The position numbers were made by a program, and so were the translations under genes. The notes under the pieces were generated by a model. The model saw nothing but the letters and a program-made list of their open reading frames with translations, had not been told where the DNA came from and did no database searches. Source: an uncultured Myxococcales bacterium (lineage in GTDB: Bacteria > Myxococcota_A > UBA9042). Taken from it: a stretch of DNA of 64,000 bases. This document shows positions 25,385 to 34,438 of the stretch, piece after piece. The DNA is taken from the NCBI GenBank assembly GCA_903850505.1, contig CAINLT010000546.1, forward strand, positions 3,849-67,848. Direction: 5' to 3'. Numbering within the stretch: position 1 is the first letter of the stretch; the number at the start of each line of letters is the position of its first letter.

Positions 25385-26608
25385 ATGGCCCAGGACCTGC
25401 AAGACAAGCCCAAGCAAAGGTCCAAGGCCCAGCCTGCTGTGGCGCAGAAGGCGCGCGGCGACGGCCAACAAAAAGCGGACGCGCGGCCGGCGGACGGGCT
25501 GGACCCGACGCTGCCGACGATGGTTGTCGATGACGGCGAGACGCTGTGGGATATCTCCGACGCGGTGTACGGCGACGGCCACTACTGGATTGAGCTGTGG
25601 AACGCCAACCGCGCGCGCGTGCCCAACGCCCATCAACTGCGGCCGGGGACGGTGCTGGTGCTGCCGCCGCTGCGCGACAAGCCGCCGCAGACGCAGGTGC
25701 CCCCGCCGACCGAGCCGCAGGCGGCCCTGCCCGCGCACGCAAAGACGCACACTGTGCAGGCAGGCGAGACGCTGATCGCGATTGCGCAGGCCCAGCTTGG
25801 CCAAGGGTCGCGCTGGAGCGACATCTGGGATCTGAACCGCGCCGCTGTGCCCAACCCGAATCAAGTTCGGCGCGGTCAGGTCCTTGTGCTGCCGGAAGCG
25901 CACGCGCAGCCGGCCAAGCCCGCGGAGGGCCGCACGCCGCAGCCATCGGCGACGCAACCTCCGCCTGCGACGCCGGGTCAGCCCGCCAACGTGCCGCCGC
26001 CCATGCCGCAGGATCGCAAAAAGGCCGTGGGCAAGACGCCGGCGGAGCGGATGGCGGCGGGTTTGTACAACGACAAAGGGCCGCTGATCGCGCGTGAGGC
26101 CGCGCGCATCGCGATTGAGCCCGGCGTGGCCGCGGCCTGCATGATGACGGAGACGGGCGGGCGGCGGCAGAAGAGCGGGCAGATGACAATTCGCTTTGAG
26201 CCTGCCGTGTTCCACCGTTACACGCGGCAGACGGTCGCCGACACGCACGCGAATCAAGCCGCGGAATGGCTGGCTTTTGACGCCGCCAAGGCCATCGACG
26301 AGAGCGCCGCGTACGACAGCATCAGCATGGGGACCGCGCAGGTCATGGGCTTCAACGCCGGGCGCTTGGGCTACGCCGATGGCAAGACGATGTTCGCCGC
26401 TTTGTCGGCGTCAGAAGATGCTCAGGCGATCGGATTCTTTGAATTCATCCGTACATCCAAGGCCTTGCATGAGGCAGCGCAGGGCAAGGATTGGTCGAAT
26501 TTCGCGCGGCTCTACAACGGCCCGGCGTATGCCCAGAATGCGTACGACGTGAAAATGGCGACCTATTACGCGGCGTGGCAGCGCGTGACGACCGGGCTGG
26601 ACGCCTGA
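25385..26608 (+). CDS. two LysM domains, Pro-rich linker, N-acetylmuramidase-family (DUF3380-like) domain
   Basis: LysM-like: VVDDGETLWDISDAVYGDGHYWIELWNANRARVPNAHQLRPGTVLVLP and HTVQAGETLIAIAQAQLGQGSRWSDIWDLN...GQVLVLP. C-terminus: IRFEPAVFHRYT...SISMGTAQVMGFNAGRLGY...NGPAYAQNAYDVKMA. Confidence 0.7.
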   Translation: MAQDLQDKPKQRSKAQPAVAQKARGDGQQKADARPADGLDPTLPTMVVDDGETLWDISDAVYGDGHYWIELWNANRARVPNAHQLRPGTVLVLPPLRDKPPQTQVPPPTEPQAALPAHAKTHTVQAGETLIAIAQAQLGQGSRWSDIWDLNRAAVPNPNQVRRGQVLVLPEAHAQPAKPAEGRTPQPSATQPPPATPGQPANVPPPMPQDRKKAVGKTPAERMAAGLYNDKGPLIAREAARIAIEPGVAAACMMTETGGRRQKSGQMTIRFEPAVFHRYTRQTVADTHANQAAEWLAFDAAKAIDESAAYDSISMGTAQVMGFNAGRLGYADGKTMFAALSASEDAQAIGFFEFIRTSKALHEAAQGKDWSNFARLYNGPAYAQNAYDVKMATYYAAWQRVTTGLDA

Positions 26609-26675
26609 TTGCCGCTTTGCCGCAGGCTGGCTACGCTTGGCACCCCACGGCGCCGATGCGCGCCGTCAAGGCACC

Positions 26676-27623
26676 ATGCGCGGCTGGCTGATCTTCTCCA
26701 TCGTTCTCACCGCTTGCGCCACGAGCACGCCCGTTGGCGGCAGCAGCGACGTCGCGGCGATCGCGATCGACAGCTGGACGCACGATGGCAAAGATAGCGC
26801 GGGCGATGCCGACGACGCGACGGTTGCGAGCTGCCAGATCGGCGCGGCTTGCACGAAACACAGCGACTTTGGCACCTGCGCGGGGACCGTCACCGCGTGC
26901 AAGAACGGCGAGCCGAGCTGCAGCGCACCGGCACCGACCGCGGAATCCTGCAACGGCGTGGACGATGACTGCAATGGCGTGACCGACGACAACCTATGCG
27001 AGGACGGCGATCCGTGCACGGTCGGCTACTGCAAGGTCGGCCAATGCGCGCAGAAAGCCCTGTGCGACGACGGCGACGCGTGCACCGCCGAGACCTGCAG
27101 CGCCGGAAAGTGCAGCTACAGCCCAGGACCGATGGGCTGCACGATCGGCGGCGCGTGCGTGAGCGCGGGCAGCAAGGATCCGCAGAATTCGTGCAGGGTG
27201 TGCAATCCGCTGCAGTCCAAGACCGACTACGTGAGCCAAAAAGGCCTCGCGTGTGACGACGGCGACGCGTGCACAACCGGCGACGTTTGCACCGACGGCA
27301 AGTGCCAAGGCGTGGCTGTCGACTGCAGCAAGGCAAGCAGCGCGTGCGGGATCGCCACGTGCGTCGGCGGCAAGTGCGTTACGGCGGGAACCGCGGGCGT
27401 GTGCCAACCCGGCGCCATCGCCGCGTGCGCCGAACCGTGCGAGGAAAACGTCTGCGGCAAGGACTGCCAGTGGCAGGGCTGCGCGCTCAAGGCCGGCGCG
27501 GTATGCGCGTGGAAGAGCGGCACCAACCATCAGTGCTGTGCGCCAGGAAGCTGGCAATTCTGCTCCAAAACAACCTGCAACTGGTACGCGTGCCAGGCAG
27601 ATTCGCAAAGTGGGTGCCCATGA
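26676..27623 (+). CDS. Cys-rich repeat lipoprotein (CxDGDxCT repeats)
   Basis: Start at ATG 26676 (MRGWLIFSIVLTAC lipobox). Repeats: CEDGDPCT, CDDGDACT, CDDGDACT. Confidence 0.7.
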   Translation: MRGWLIFSIVLTACATSTPVGGSSDVAAIAIDSWTHDGKDSAGDADDATVASCQIGAACTKHSDFGTCAGTVTACKNGEPSCSAPAPTAESCNGVDDDCNGVTDDNLCEDGDPCTVGYCKVGQCAQKALCDDGDACTAETCSAGKCSYSPGPMGCTIGGACVSAGSKDPQNSCRVCNPLQSKTDYVSQKGLACDDGDACTTGDVCTDGKCQGVAVDCSKASSACGIATCVGGKCVTAGTAGVCQPGAIAACAEPCEENVCGKDCQWQGCALKAGAVCAWKSGTNHQCCAPGSWQFCSKTTCNWYACQADSQSGCP

Positions 27624-28156
27624 AACCGCGGCAGATCATCGCAGCGCTGTTGGCGCTGGCCACGCTGACAACGCTCTTTTGGGGCGTGCCGGTGCTGATG
27701 CGCCGCGCCCATGCCGAGGAGGCGATTCTCAATCTGGCGCGGCTGACGCGGATTTCCGACGTCTACTACGTGAAGCCGAAGCTTGGCGCGGATGGCGAGC
27801 GGATGGTGTGCCAGTTCCCGGTGGGGGAAATCCGCAGCACGCTGGCCAAGAGCTGCTGCGATCCGAGCGTGAACGACGGCCACGGCCGCTGCGATCCGGC
27901 CAAGATCGAATGGAACCGCTCGCTGTGGAAGACCTTGAAATTCAATTTGGATGAGCCGCACTGGTTCGTGTACGAAATCAAGGCGAGCGGCACGCTGGCC
28001 AACGCGACGCTGGAAGTCTCCGCGTATGGCGACGCCGATTGCGATGGACATTATTCGACGTTTCGCTTCACGCACCACGGCGATTCGGCCGCGCGGCTGG
28101 ACAATTGCGTGCTGAACAACCAACCGGAATTCGTCGCGATCGATCCGCAGGAGTGA
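27620..28156 (+). CDS. pilin-like-fold membrane protein without a canonical prepilin leader (hypothetical)
   Basis: ATG 27620 overlaps the upstream TGA (ATGA). An N-terminal hydrophobic helix is followed by AEEAILNLARLTRISDVYY. The C-terminus is FVYEIKASG..LEVSAYGDADCDGHYSTFRF, which resembles pilin globular domains. This is pattern-level evidence only. Confidence 0.4.
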   Translation: MKPRQIIAALLALATLTTLFWGVPVLMRRAHAEEAILNLARLTRISDVYYVKPKLGADGERMVCQFPVGEIRSTLAKSCCDPSVNDGHGRCDPAKIEWNRSLWKTLKFNLDEPHWFVYEIKASGTLANATLEVSAYGDADCDGHYSTFRFTHHGDSAARLDNCVLNNQPEFVAIDPQE

Positions 28157-28295
28157 CGCTGCGCCGCCATCCAGGCGGACGAGCGCGCTGATCCGCGGAC
28201 CCATCGCAGTTCTTCACAGCCACGAAACACGAACCGGCCATTGCCGGCGATAGGCTCACTCCCGCGACTGCGCGACATTCGCGGGCGGAGCCTCC

Positions 28296-30794
28296 ATGCA
28301 CGTTTACTTGCCGGCTTTGCGGCGCCCCCTCCACAAGACTGCGCCAGCCAAACCGCGCGCGGAACCGGATAGCCCGGCGTTCTACGATGCGTACTGGCAG
28401 GCTGCGCGGAGCGACCTCGATCCGCACGTCGTGCGCAAAGCAGACGAGCTCCTGCGCTTGGTGCCCGAGGGTGTCCGCACCATCGTCGACGTCGGCTGCG
28501 GCGATGGTGCGCTGACGATGGCGCTGGCGCAGCGCTATCAAGTGCAGGCCGTGGATCGCAGCGAGGCCGCCCTGGCGCGTCTGGCGGTGCGCGCGCCGCA
28601 TGTTGCCCGCGTGTGCGCGAGCGCCGAGCAGCTCCCCATCGCCGATCAGAGCGCCGATCTCGTGTTCTCCAGTGAATTGCTGGAACACTTGCCGGCTGCC
28701 ACGCGGGCGAGCGCCGTGCGTGAGATGGCGCGTGTCACCCGCCGCTGGCTCTTGATCTCTGTGCCCAACCAGGAAGTGCTGCGCCGTCGTTTCGCGCAAT
28801 GTCCGGCCTGCGATCTGGAATTCCATGTCTACGGCCATCTGCAGTCGTTCTCGACCGCGGACCTCGCCGGACAATTCCCGGGATTCTCCGTCCGCGCGCA
28901 GTTGGAGCACGGCCGACCTGAGCGCCTCACGCATCCGCGGATTGAACAATTCCGCCAGCAGCGCGCCGGTCGCTGGTTTGTCTACCGCGGGCTGCATGTG
29001 ACGTGTCCCGACTGTGGGTGCCAGCGCTTCGCGTTGCCGCACCTGGGGCCGGCGCAGTGGGCGCTGTCTGGCGCAACCGCGATCGCCGATGGCCTGTGGC
29101 GCGTGACCCAGCGCAGGACGGTCCGGCCATACTGGATGACGTTGCTGCTGGAGCGCGACAATCCGCACGAGGCCGCGATCGCCGACGTGCCGACATCCAA
29201 TCGGGTGGCATCCGATGTCGGCGCTGTTGTGGCAGGCCGCGTTGCCGTTGCAGCGCTGGACTCAGTGAAGTTCTTTGCGCTCGTCCGGCTTCTCGACAAA
29301 TCAGCGTACGGAACGCTGGCCTTTGCCCTTGCGCTGCACCTCAGCGCGATGACGCTCGGCACGCTGGCGGTACCTGACTCACTCCTGGCGCTGCTGCCGC
29401 GCGCGTCGACCGGCCAACAGGCGGCGCTGGCCCGGCAATCGCTCAAGCTGCTGGGGATGCTCGGCGTGCTCGCCGGGCTGGGCGTGCTCGCCGCGGGCCA
29501 CATTCCGGCGCTCCTGCCAGCCGGGCAGCCGGCGCTCCCGATGCTGTTGCCCTGGCTCGCCCTCGCCATCGCCGCCGACTTGCCGGCGCAGATGCTGCAG
29601 GCCTTCCTGCTCGGGATTCGCCAGCACCGCCGCGCCGCAGTCCGTGCGCTGGGCCTCGCGGCTGTCGCCAATCTCGCGCTGCTCATACCGGTCCTGCTGG
29701 GCGCGCCATTGTGGCAAGTCGCGGCGTGTTTTGCCCTCGCGTCGGTCGTGCGCCTGCTGGTCACCGTCGGAACCGTGATGCGCGCCTTTCCCGACGTTGC
29801 GCCTGAGCCCTTCGCCGGCGGTCTGCGCGCACAACTGGAGATGGCCATTCCGCTTTCCCTGACCGGCCTGACGGCGACATTGAACCGGCAGCTGACGACC
29901 TGGACCGCCGGTTTTCTGCTCCCGGCCGCGCTCTTCGCTGATTTTGCCGTTGGCGCGCAGGAACTGCCGCTCGTGGCGATGCTGCCCAACGCCGTTGCCG
30001 TCGCGATGTTGCCGCACCTGACGCACCTGATGCGCCAGCCCGTGCAGCGCCGGGAGGGCTTGGCGCTATGGCACGCGAGCATGTTGCGGGTCGCGCTCGT
30101 CGTTCTGCCGGTGTGGGTCTGGTGCAGCGTGGAGACGGTGCCCCTGCTGACAGCGATGGGGGGCCCGCGCTGGGCAAGCGCCGCCGTGCCGTTCCGCCTC
30201 ACGGCTTTGCTGCTGCCGCTGCGCCTGACCGCATACGGGACGGTCCTGCTTGCGCTGGGCTCGCCGCGCGTCGTGCTGAGGGCGCAGCTGGCGGCGATGG
30301 CGACCACGCTTCTGGGCTGTGGTCTGCTCTGGCTGGCGCATGGCCAAGGGTTGCTGACCGCGCACGCCGCGCTGATTGGCGGCTGCGCGGCGTTCGTCGT
30401 CAGCCAGTTCGTGGCCATCGCCCTGCTCCTGCGCGGCATTGCTGGCGGCGTGGGCGTCGCGTGGTCCGCGGCGTTTCCGTGGCGCGCGTGGGCGATCCGC
30501 CTGGGCGTTGCAGCGGGCGCCATGCTCCCCGTCGCGCTCCTGCCGGCGCTTCCGCTGTTGGGTCCAAGCGGCGAGGTCGTCAATCTTGGCTGGCGAACGG
30601 CGCTCTACGCGATGCTGACGCTGACGGCGTTCTGGCGTCTGGATCTGCTCACCGCCGCCGATCGCGACGTCGTCCGCGGTTGGTTCCGGCTGGCGCCCGC
30701 GACCGCTGCTACCGCGCCGCCCGCACAAACGCAGCGAAGCACACCGGCGTCTCCGCGATCAGCCGAATCGCTTGACCCGTCACAGGATGCTTGA
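28296..30794 (+). CDS. fusion of class I SAM-dependent methyltransferase (with Cys4 ribbon) and a Wzx/MOP-type polysaccharide flippase-like 12+ TM domain
   Basis: 832 aa. Motif I: IVDVGCGDGALTMALA. Also DLVFSSELLEHL. Ribbon: CPACDLEF...CPDCGC. About 530 aa of multi-TM sequence follows, typical of polysaccharide biosynthesis (PST) proteins. Confidence 0.65.
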   Translation: MHVYLPALRRPLHKTAPAKPRAEPDSPAFYDAYWQAARSDLDPHVVRKADELLRLVPEGVRTIVDVGCGDGALTMALAQRYQVQAVDRSEAALARLAVRAPHVARVCASAEQLPIADQSADLVFSSELLEHLPAATRASAVREMARVTRRWLLISVPNQEVLRRRFAQCPACDLEFHVYGHLQSFSTADLAGQFPGFSVRAQLEHGRPERLTHPRIEQFRQQRAGRWFVYRGLHVTCPDCGCQRFALPHLGPAQWALSGATAIADGLWRVTQRRTVRPYWMTLLLERDNPHEAAIADVPTSNRVASDVGAVVAGRVAVAALDSVKFFALVRLLDKSAYGTLAFALALHLSAMTLGTLAVPDSLLALLPRASTGQQAALARQSLKLLGMLGVLAGLGVLAAGHIPALLPAGQPALPMLLPWLALAIAADLPAQMLQAFLLGIRQHRRAAVRALGLAAVANLALLIPVLLGAPLWQVAACFALASVVRLLVTVGTVMRAFPDVAPEPFAGGLRAQLEMAIPLSLTGLTATLNRQLTTWTAGFLLPAALFADFAVGAQELPLVAMLPNAVAVAMLPHLTHLMRQPVQRREGLALWHASMLRVALVVLPVWVWCSVETVPLLTAMGGPRWASAAVPFRLTALLLPLRLTAYGTVLLALGSPRVVLRAQLAAMATTLLGCGLLWLAHGQGLLTAHAALIGGCAAFVVSQFVAIALLLRGIAGGVGVAWSAAFPWRAWAIRLGVAAGAMLPVALLPALPLLGPSGEVVNLGWRTALYAMLTLTAFWRLDLLTAADRDVVRGWFRLAPATAATAPPAQTQRSTPASPRSAESLDPSQDA

Positions 30795-31626
30795 AGCCCA
30801 ACGTCCGCGCGTGCAGCGCCAGGCGTTTCTCGTGCCACGCGGGATGTCGGGCCAGCTCCGGCCGGTACCGCACGTCGCCCAGCACCGGATGGCCGCGTTC
30901 AGCAAAATGCACGCGGATCTGGTTGCGCCGACCGGTCTCCAGGTTCACCTGCAGCAGCGTCGCCCCGCGCAGGCGCTCCAGCACCTTGTAGTGCGTGATC
31001 GCCAGCTTGCCCTCGCCGGGCACGTTGGTTGAATACTGGTCCAGATCGTCGTTCGTCATCAGATGACTGCGGATCGTCCCGGCGTCGTTTGGCACCCGTC
31101 CGGCGACAAGCACGATGTACTCGCGCTCCGGCTTGCGCGCCTCGAATTGGTCCTTGATGGCCGCCGCGATCTCCTCCGTGCGGGCAAAGACCAGCAGCCC
31201 GGAAGTGTCGCGATCCAGCCGGTGCACAATCCAGGCGCGGTGGGTGATCCGTTCGCCCCGGCTGAAATGGCGCGCCACGGCATGGACAAGCGTGTCGTCT
31301 TCCTTGCGATCAGTCGGCACCGTCAGCACGCCCGCGCGCTTGTTCACGACGATGAGGAATTTGTCCTCAAACGCGATGATGAAATCGCGGTTCGTGCGCT
31401 CCTTTGGCTTTTCCTTGTAGCGGCGCCCGGCCTCCCAGGTCACCTCCAGCGTCTGGCCCGCGCGACCGGTCGCATTCGGCTGCGCGCACACGTGACCGTC
31501 CAGCCGCACGCACGCGTGGTCAAACAGGCCACGCAACTCCGAACGCGTGACTTCCGTCAGCCGCTGCACCAGCAGGTCAATCCGCGGCTCATTGGCCGGC
31601 AACGTCAGTTTCTTGTTCAGCAACAT
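30709..31626 (-). CDS. RluA-family 23S rRNA pseudouridine synthase with S4-like N-terminus
   Basis: Start taken at ATG 31626 (MLLNKKL). It carries the HRLDRDTSGLLVFA catalytic Asp motif and GRRNQIRVH. Its 3' end overlaps the convergent upstream ORF by 86 nt. Confidence 0.85.
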   Translation of the reverse strand: MLLNKKLTLPANEPRIDLLVQRLTEVTRSELRGLFDHACVRLDGHVCAQPNATGRAGQTLEVTWEAGRRYKEKPKERTNRDFIIAFEDKFLIVVNKRAGVLTVPTDRKEDDTLVHAVARHFSRGERITHRAWIVHRLDRDTSGLLVFARTEEIAAAIKDQFEARKPEREYIVLVAGRVPNDAGTIRSHLMTNDDLDQYSTNVPGEGKLAITHYKVLERLRGATLLQVNLETGRRNQIRVHFAERGHPVLGDVRYRPELARHPAWHEKRLALHARTLGFKHPVTGQAIRLIAETPVCFAAFVRAAR

Positions 31627-31712
31627 GGCATCTTCCAGCGCCCGCAGCGTGGCGCACGGCCGGGGGATGCTCGCAGGCTTTGCCGTGGGCGGCAATCAAA
31701 GACGTGTCGGCG

Positions 31713-33653
31713 TCAGTGCTCGATGAACGTGCGCCGCACCGCATCCACGCGTTCCTGCAGCGCCACGCCGGCCAGCTGCCCCTGCTCCAGCAACTCCGCC
31801 ATGCGGCCATCGGCGAGGCTTCCGGCATCGCGCAGAGTACCCAGTGCGCCGCGCATTTCCCCCAACAGGTTGTCCCGCATATGCTGGAAGTTGCTGTCGA
31901 TGGCGCCCAGCTGCGCCGGGTTCGGCTCCCGCGCGCGTGTGCCGGTCAACTGCGTTTCCATGCTGCGGCGCCAGGCGATCAGCGCGTCGATCTGCGCATC
32001 GGCCAGGCCGGGAATGACCGCCAATTTGCCGCGATCGAGGTCCGCCGCCGTCAGCACGCCGCGGATGGCCAGCGCGCGTTTCTTCTCCACCGGCACATTG
32101 GGAATCGACACAGACGCAAGCGCATACCGCATCAGCCCGGCGCGCAAACCCGCTGAGACTTCGTCGCCCTCCAGCTTGTCGATTTCGTGCTGGCGCTGTG
32201 CGCCGACCGCGATCACCTGACCGCGCAGGTCCGCCAGCCACGCCCGCAGCCGCCGATCCTGATCGCGGAACCGCAGCGCTTCGCCTTTCCACTCGGCCTC
32301 GATTTCGCGCATTGCATTGATCTGCTTATCAATTTCCAGACTTGCGCGATGCCACGGCATCTGCCGCCGCACCGACAGCCAGCGCGACGCTACAAGCGCA
32401 ACAACGCCCGCGCCGCCGACGAGAACGCCGCGCGTTGGCTGGAACAGCGCCATCGCCACGCCGCCAAAAGCCACCAGACCGCCGCCCAGCGCCAGATACC
32501 AGCTCACCAAATCCGGCGGACGCTCAGCCTGCAGCATCGCCCGCGCGGTCGCGATCGCCGCCTCCATGCCCTGCGGCGCTTGCCATTCCTCGGGCTGACG
32601 CGGGGAAGGCAGCGCTTGCAGCTCCGCCAGCAGCGGCGCCAACAGCGCGTCCGGACCTTGCCAGCTGGAGTGGAACTGCGTCTGCGGCCGCGAAAAGTAC
32701 GCGTAACCCGCGACCTGCTCAATCGTGCACCACGGGCAATTGCCCAAGCCGACTGGGACTTTGTGCAGCGGCTCGCGCCGACACGCGTGGAGCGTTGCCT
32801 CGAAGGCGGTCAGCCGCTCGACCCACACCGCCGCGGATGGCCGCTGCTCCTCGGTAAACGCGCTGACGAACGCCGCGCGCACCGGCGCACCGACCACCGA
32901 CCACGGCAGGAGATGCCGCAGCCGCTGCGCCAACTGCGGATAGTCCCATTCCTTGTTGGCGATCGCCTGATGCAGGTCGCCCGACGCGCCGCCGCTGAAC
33001 GGGTGGCGGCCCATCAACAGCAGCTTGAAAGCGATGACCGCGAGGCCAAAACGGTCGTGATCAACGGTGCGCGGGACCAGGCGGAAATCCTTGCCCTGCA
33101 TTTCCGGCGGCGTGTAGTCCACAACGCCGACGCCGGTGCCGAAGAACTGGTCGCCATCGGAGATCTGGAACGAATCGCAATCCACGAGGTGCACGGTCGC
33201 GTCGGCATCGACAAAAATGTTGCGCTCGTTCACGTCGCCGACGATGACGTCGTACTTGTGCAGCGTCTCAAACATCCGCGCGCAATTCGTCGCCACGCGC
33301 ACCAGGAAATCCCAGCCCGCGGACGGCAGCACGGACTTGCGTTGCTCCGGCTGGTAGACCTCGTGAATCGGCCGCAGCTGCTCCAGCCGCGCCATGGCGA
33401 AGCCGATGCACTCCTGCTGCGCGTCAAACAGCAGCTCCTGCGGCCACGTGCACCATTGCGCCAGATCCGGGTGCTGCTGCAGCCGGCTGACCATCCACGT
33501 CAGCTTGGCCGTGCGCGCTGCCGTCGGCGGGCGCGTGTAGATCTTGCAGGCGTCGCCCTCGCGGCCGAGGCGCGTGTACACAACGCCTTCACCGCCGCGG
33601 CCAAGCACGACGCCAAGCTCAATGGGTTTGCGGTCGACGCCGTAAACTTTCAC
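31713..33653 (-). CDS. Ser/Thr-kinase-like protein with C-terminal TM pair, coiled coil and HhH-like segment (TerY-P triad kinase)
   Basis: GTG start overlaps the phosphatase stop (GTGA). Kinase elements: Gly loop GRGGEGVVY, Lys in ACKIY, catalytic loop VGDVNERNIFV, DCDS in place of DFG, VDYTPPE. Later features: TM LVSWYLALGGGLVAFGGVAMAL and IPGLADAQIDALI. Confidence 0.75.
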   Translation of the reverse strand: MKVYGVDRKPIELGVVLGRGGEGVVYTRLGREGDACKIYTRPPTAARTAKLTWMVSRLQQHPDLAQWCTWPQELLFDAQQECIGFAMARLEQLRPIHEVYQPEQRKSVLPSAGWDFLVRVATNCARMFETLHKYDVIVGDVNERNIFVDADATVHLVDCDSFQISDGDQFFGTGVGVVDYTPPEMQGKDFRLVPRTVDHDRFGLAVIAFKLLLMGRHPFSGGASGDLHQAIANKEWDYPQLAQRLRHLLPWSVVGAPVRAAFVSAFTEEQRPSAAVWVERLTAFEATLHACRREPLHKVPVGLGNCPWCTIEQVAGYAYFSRPQTQFHSSWQGPDALLAPLLAELQALPSPRQPEEWQAPQGMEAAIATARAMLQAERPPDLVSWYLALGGGLVAFGGVAMALFQPTRGVLVGGAGVVALVASRWLSVRRQMPWHRASLEIDKQINAMREIEAEWKGEALRFRDQDRRLRAWLADLRGQVIAVGAQRQHEIDKLEGDEVSAGLRAGLMRYALASVSIPNVPVEKKRALAIRGVLTAADLDRGKLAVIPGLADAQIDALIAWRRSMETQLTGTRAREPNPAQLGAIDSNFQHMRDNLLGEMRGALGTLRDAGSLADGRMAELLEQGQLAGVALQERVDAVRRTFIEH

Positions 33654-34438
33654 GCCTGCATCCTCGCCGTCGGGTCGCGGATCGCCATCGCGAGGCTGAT
33701 GTCATCGTCTGAGCGCGCGCGAATCGCGTCCGACGCCAACCACGCCGTCAGATCCCGCTGCAGCTTGCGATGATCCGCCGATTTGGCCAGTTCCGCGATC
33801 ACCCCGTGGCAAAACGGCACATGCGGCCGACTCGCGGGATAGTCGAGCGCCAGCGCTTGGAGGCCATCGCTGAACTGCAGGATCGCCTCGGTCGGGCCGC
33901 CCACATGCGTGCGCAGCGGCGCGTGGCTGTGGGTCACAAAAGTCGTCACGTTCACGTAGCCGTCCAGATCGGGCCAGATCGGACACGTCCATTGTCCTGC
34001 ATGGCGCAGGCACATCGCGCCATCGCCCATCTGGGCCAGCACCGTCGCATCGTCGGTGACGACCGCCAGCAGCCCCGTACTGCCCCATTCGCGCAGCGCG
34101 TGATGATGCGTTCGCGCTGCGTCCGTCACGCGCTCGCGGGCGCGTTGGAACAGCGCCGCCATGTCGTCCAGGTCCCAAAGCACGGGCCGATCACCGCGCT
34201 GCAGCCGGTGCCGCAGCCGACTCGTCGCCATGGTCGCAAAGGTCCGCACGATGAGCCGCGCTGCATCGCCGCCGTGGGACGCAGAGCCCGCGCCGTCCGC
34301 CAGCGCGAGGATCAACGCCTGCCGACTGCCGACGCGCACGCGCCGCACTGCGACGGCGTCCTGGCAGCCGCGCTCGCCTTTCTTGGGTCCGGCTACCGCG
34401 GCCGAAACCGTCTTCCAGTCGCTGGCGATGGCCGTCAC
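33650..34438 (-). CDS. PP2C-family protein phosphatase (TerY-P triad phosphatase)
   Basis: 262 aa with a GTG start directly after the vWA stop. Blocks: GCQDAVAV, LALADGAGS, VVTDDATVLAQMGDG, LQFSDGL. Confidence 0.7.
   Translation of the reverse strand: MTAIASDWKTVSAAVAGPKKGERGCQDAVAVRRVRVGSRQALILALADGAGSASHGGDAARLIVRTFATMATSRLRHRLQRGDRPVLWDLDDMAALFQRARERVTDAARTHHHALREWGSTGLLAVVTDDATVLAQMGDGAMCLRHAGQWTCPIWPDLDGYVNVTTFVTHSHAPLRTHVGGPTEAILQFSDGLQALALDYPASRPHVPFCHGVIAELAKSADHRKLQRDLTAWLASDAIRARSDDDISLAMAIRDPTARMQA

Noticed and set aside
30709-30794. The 86-nt convergent overlap between the methyltransferase-flippase ORF and the rluA-type gene as a regulatory antisense feature.
   Set aside because: - It is more simply explained by an over-extended 3' end: the last ~30 codons of the flippase ORF are Pro/Ala/Ser-rich and unstructured. 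A terminal sequencing error would also explain it.
- There is no independent evidence for function.
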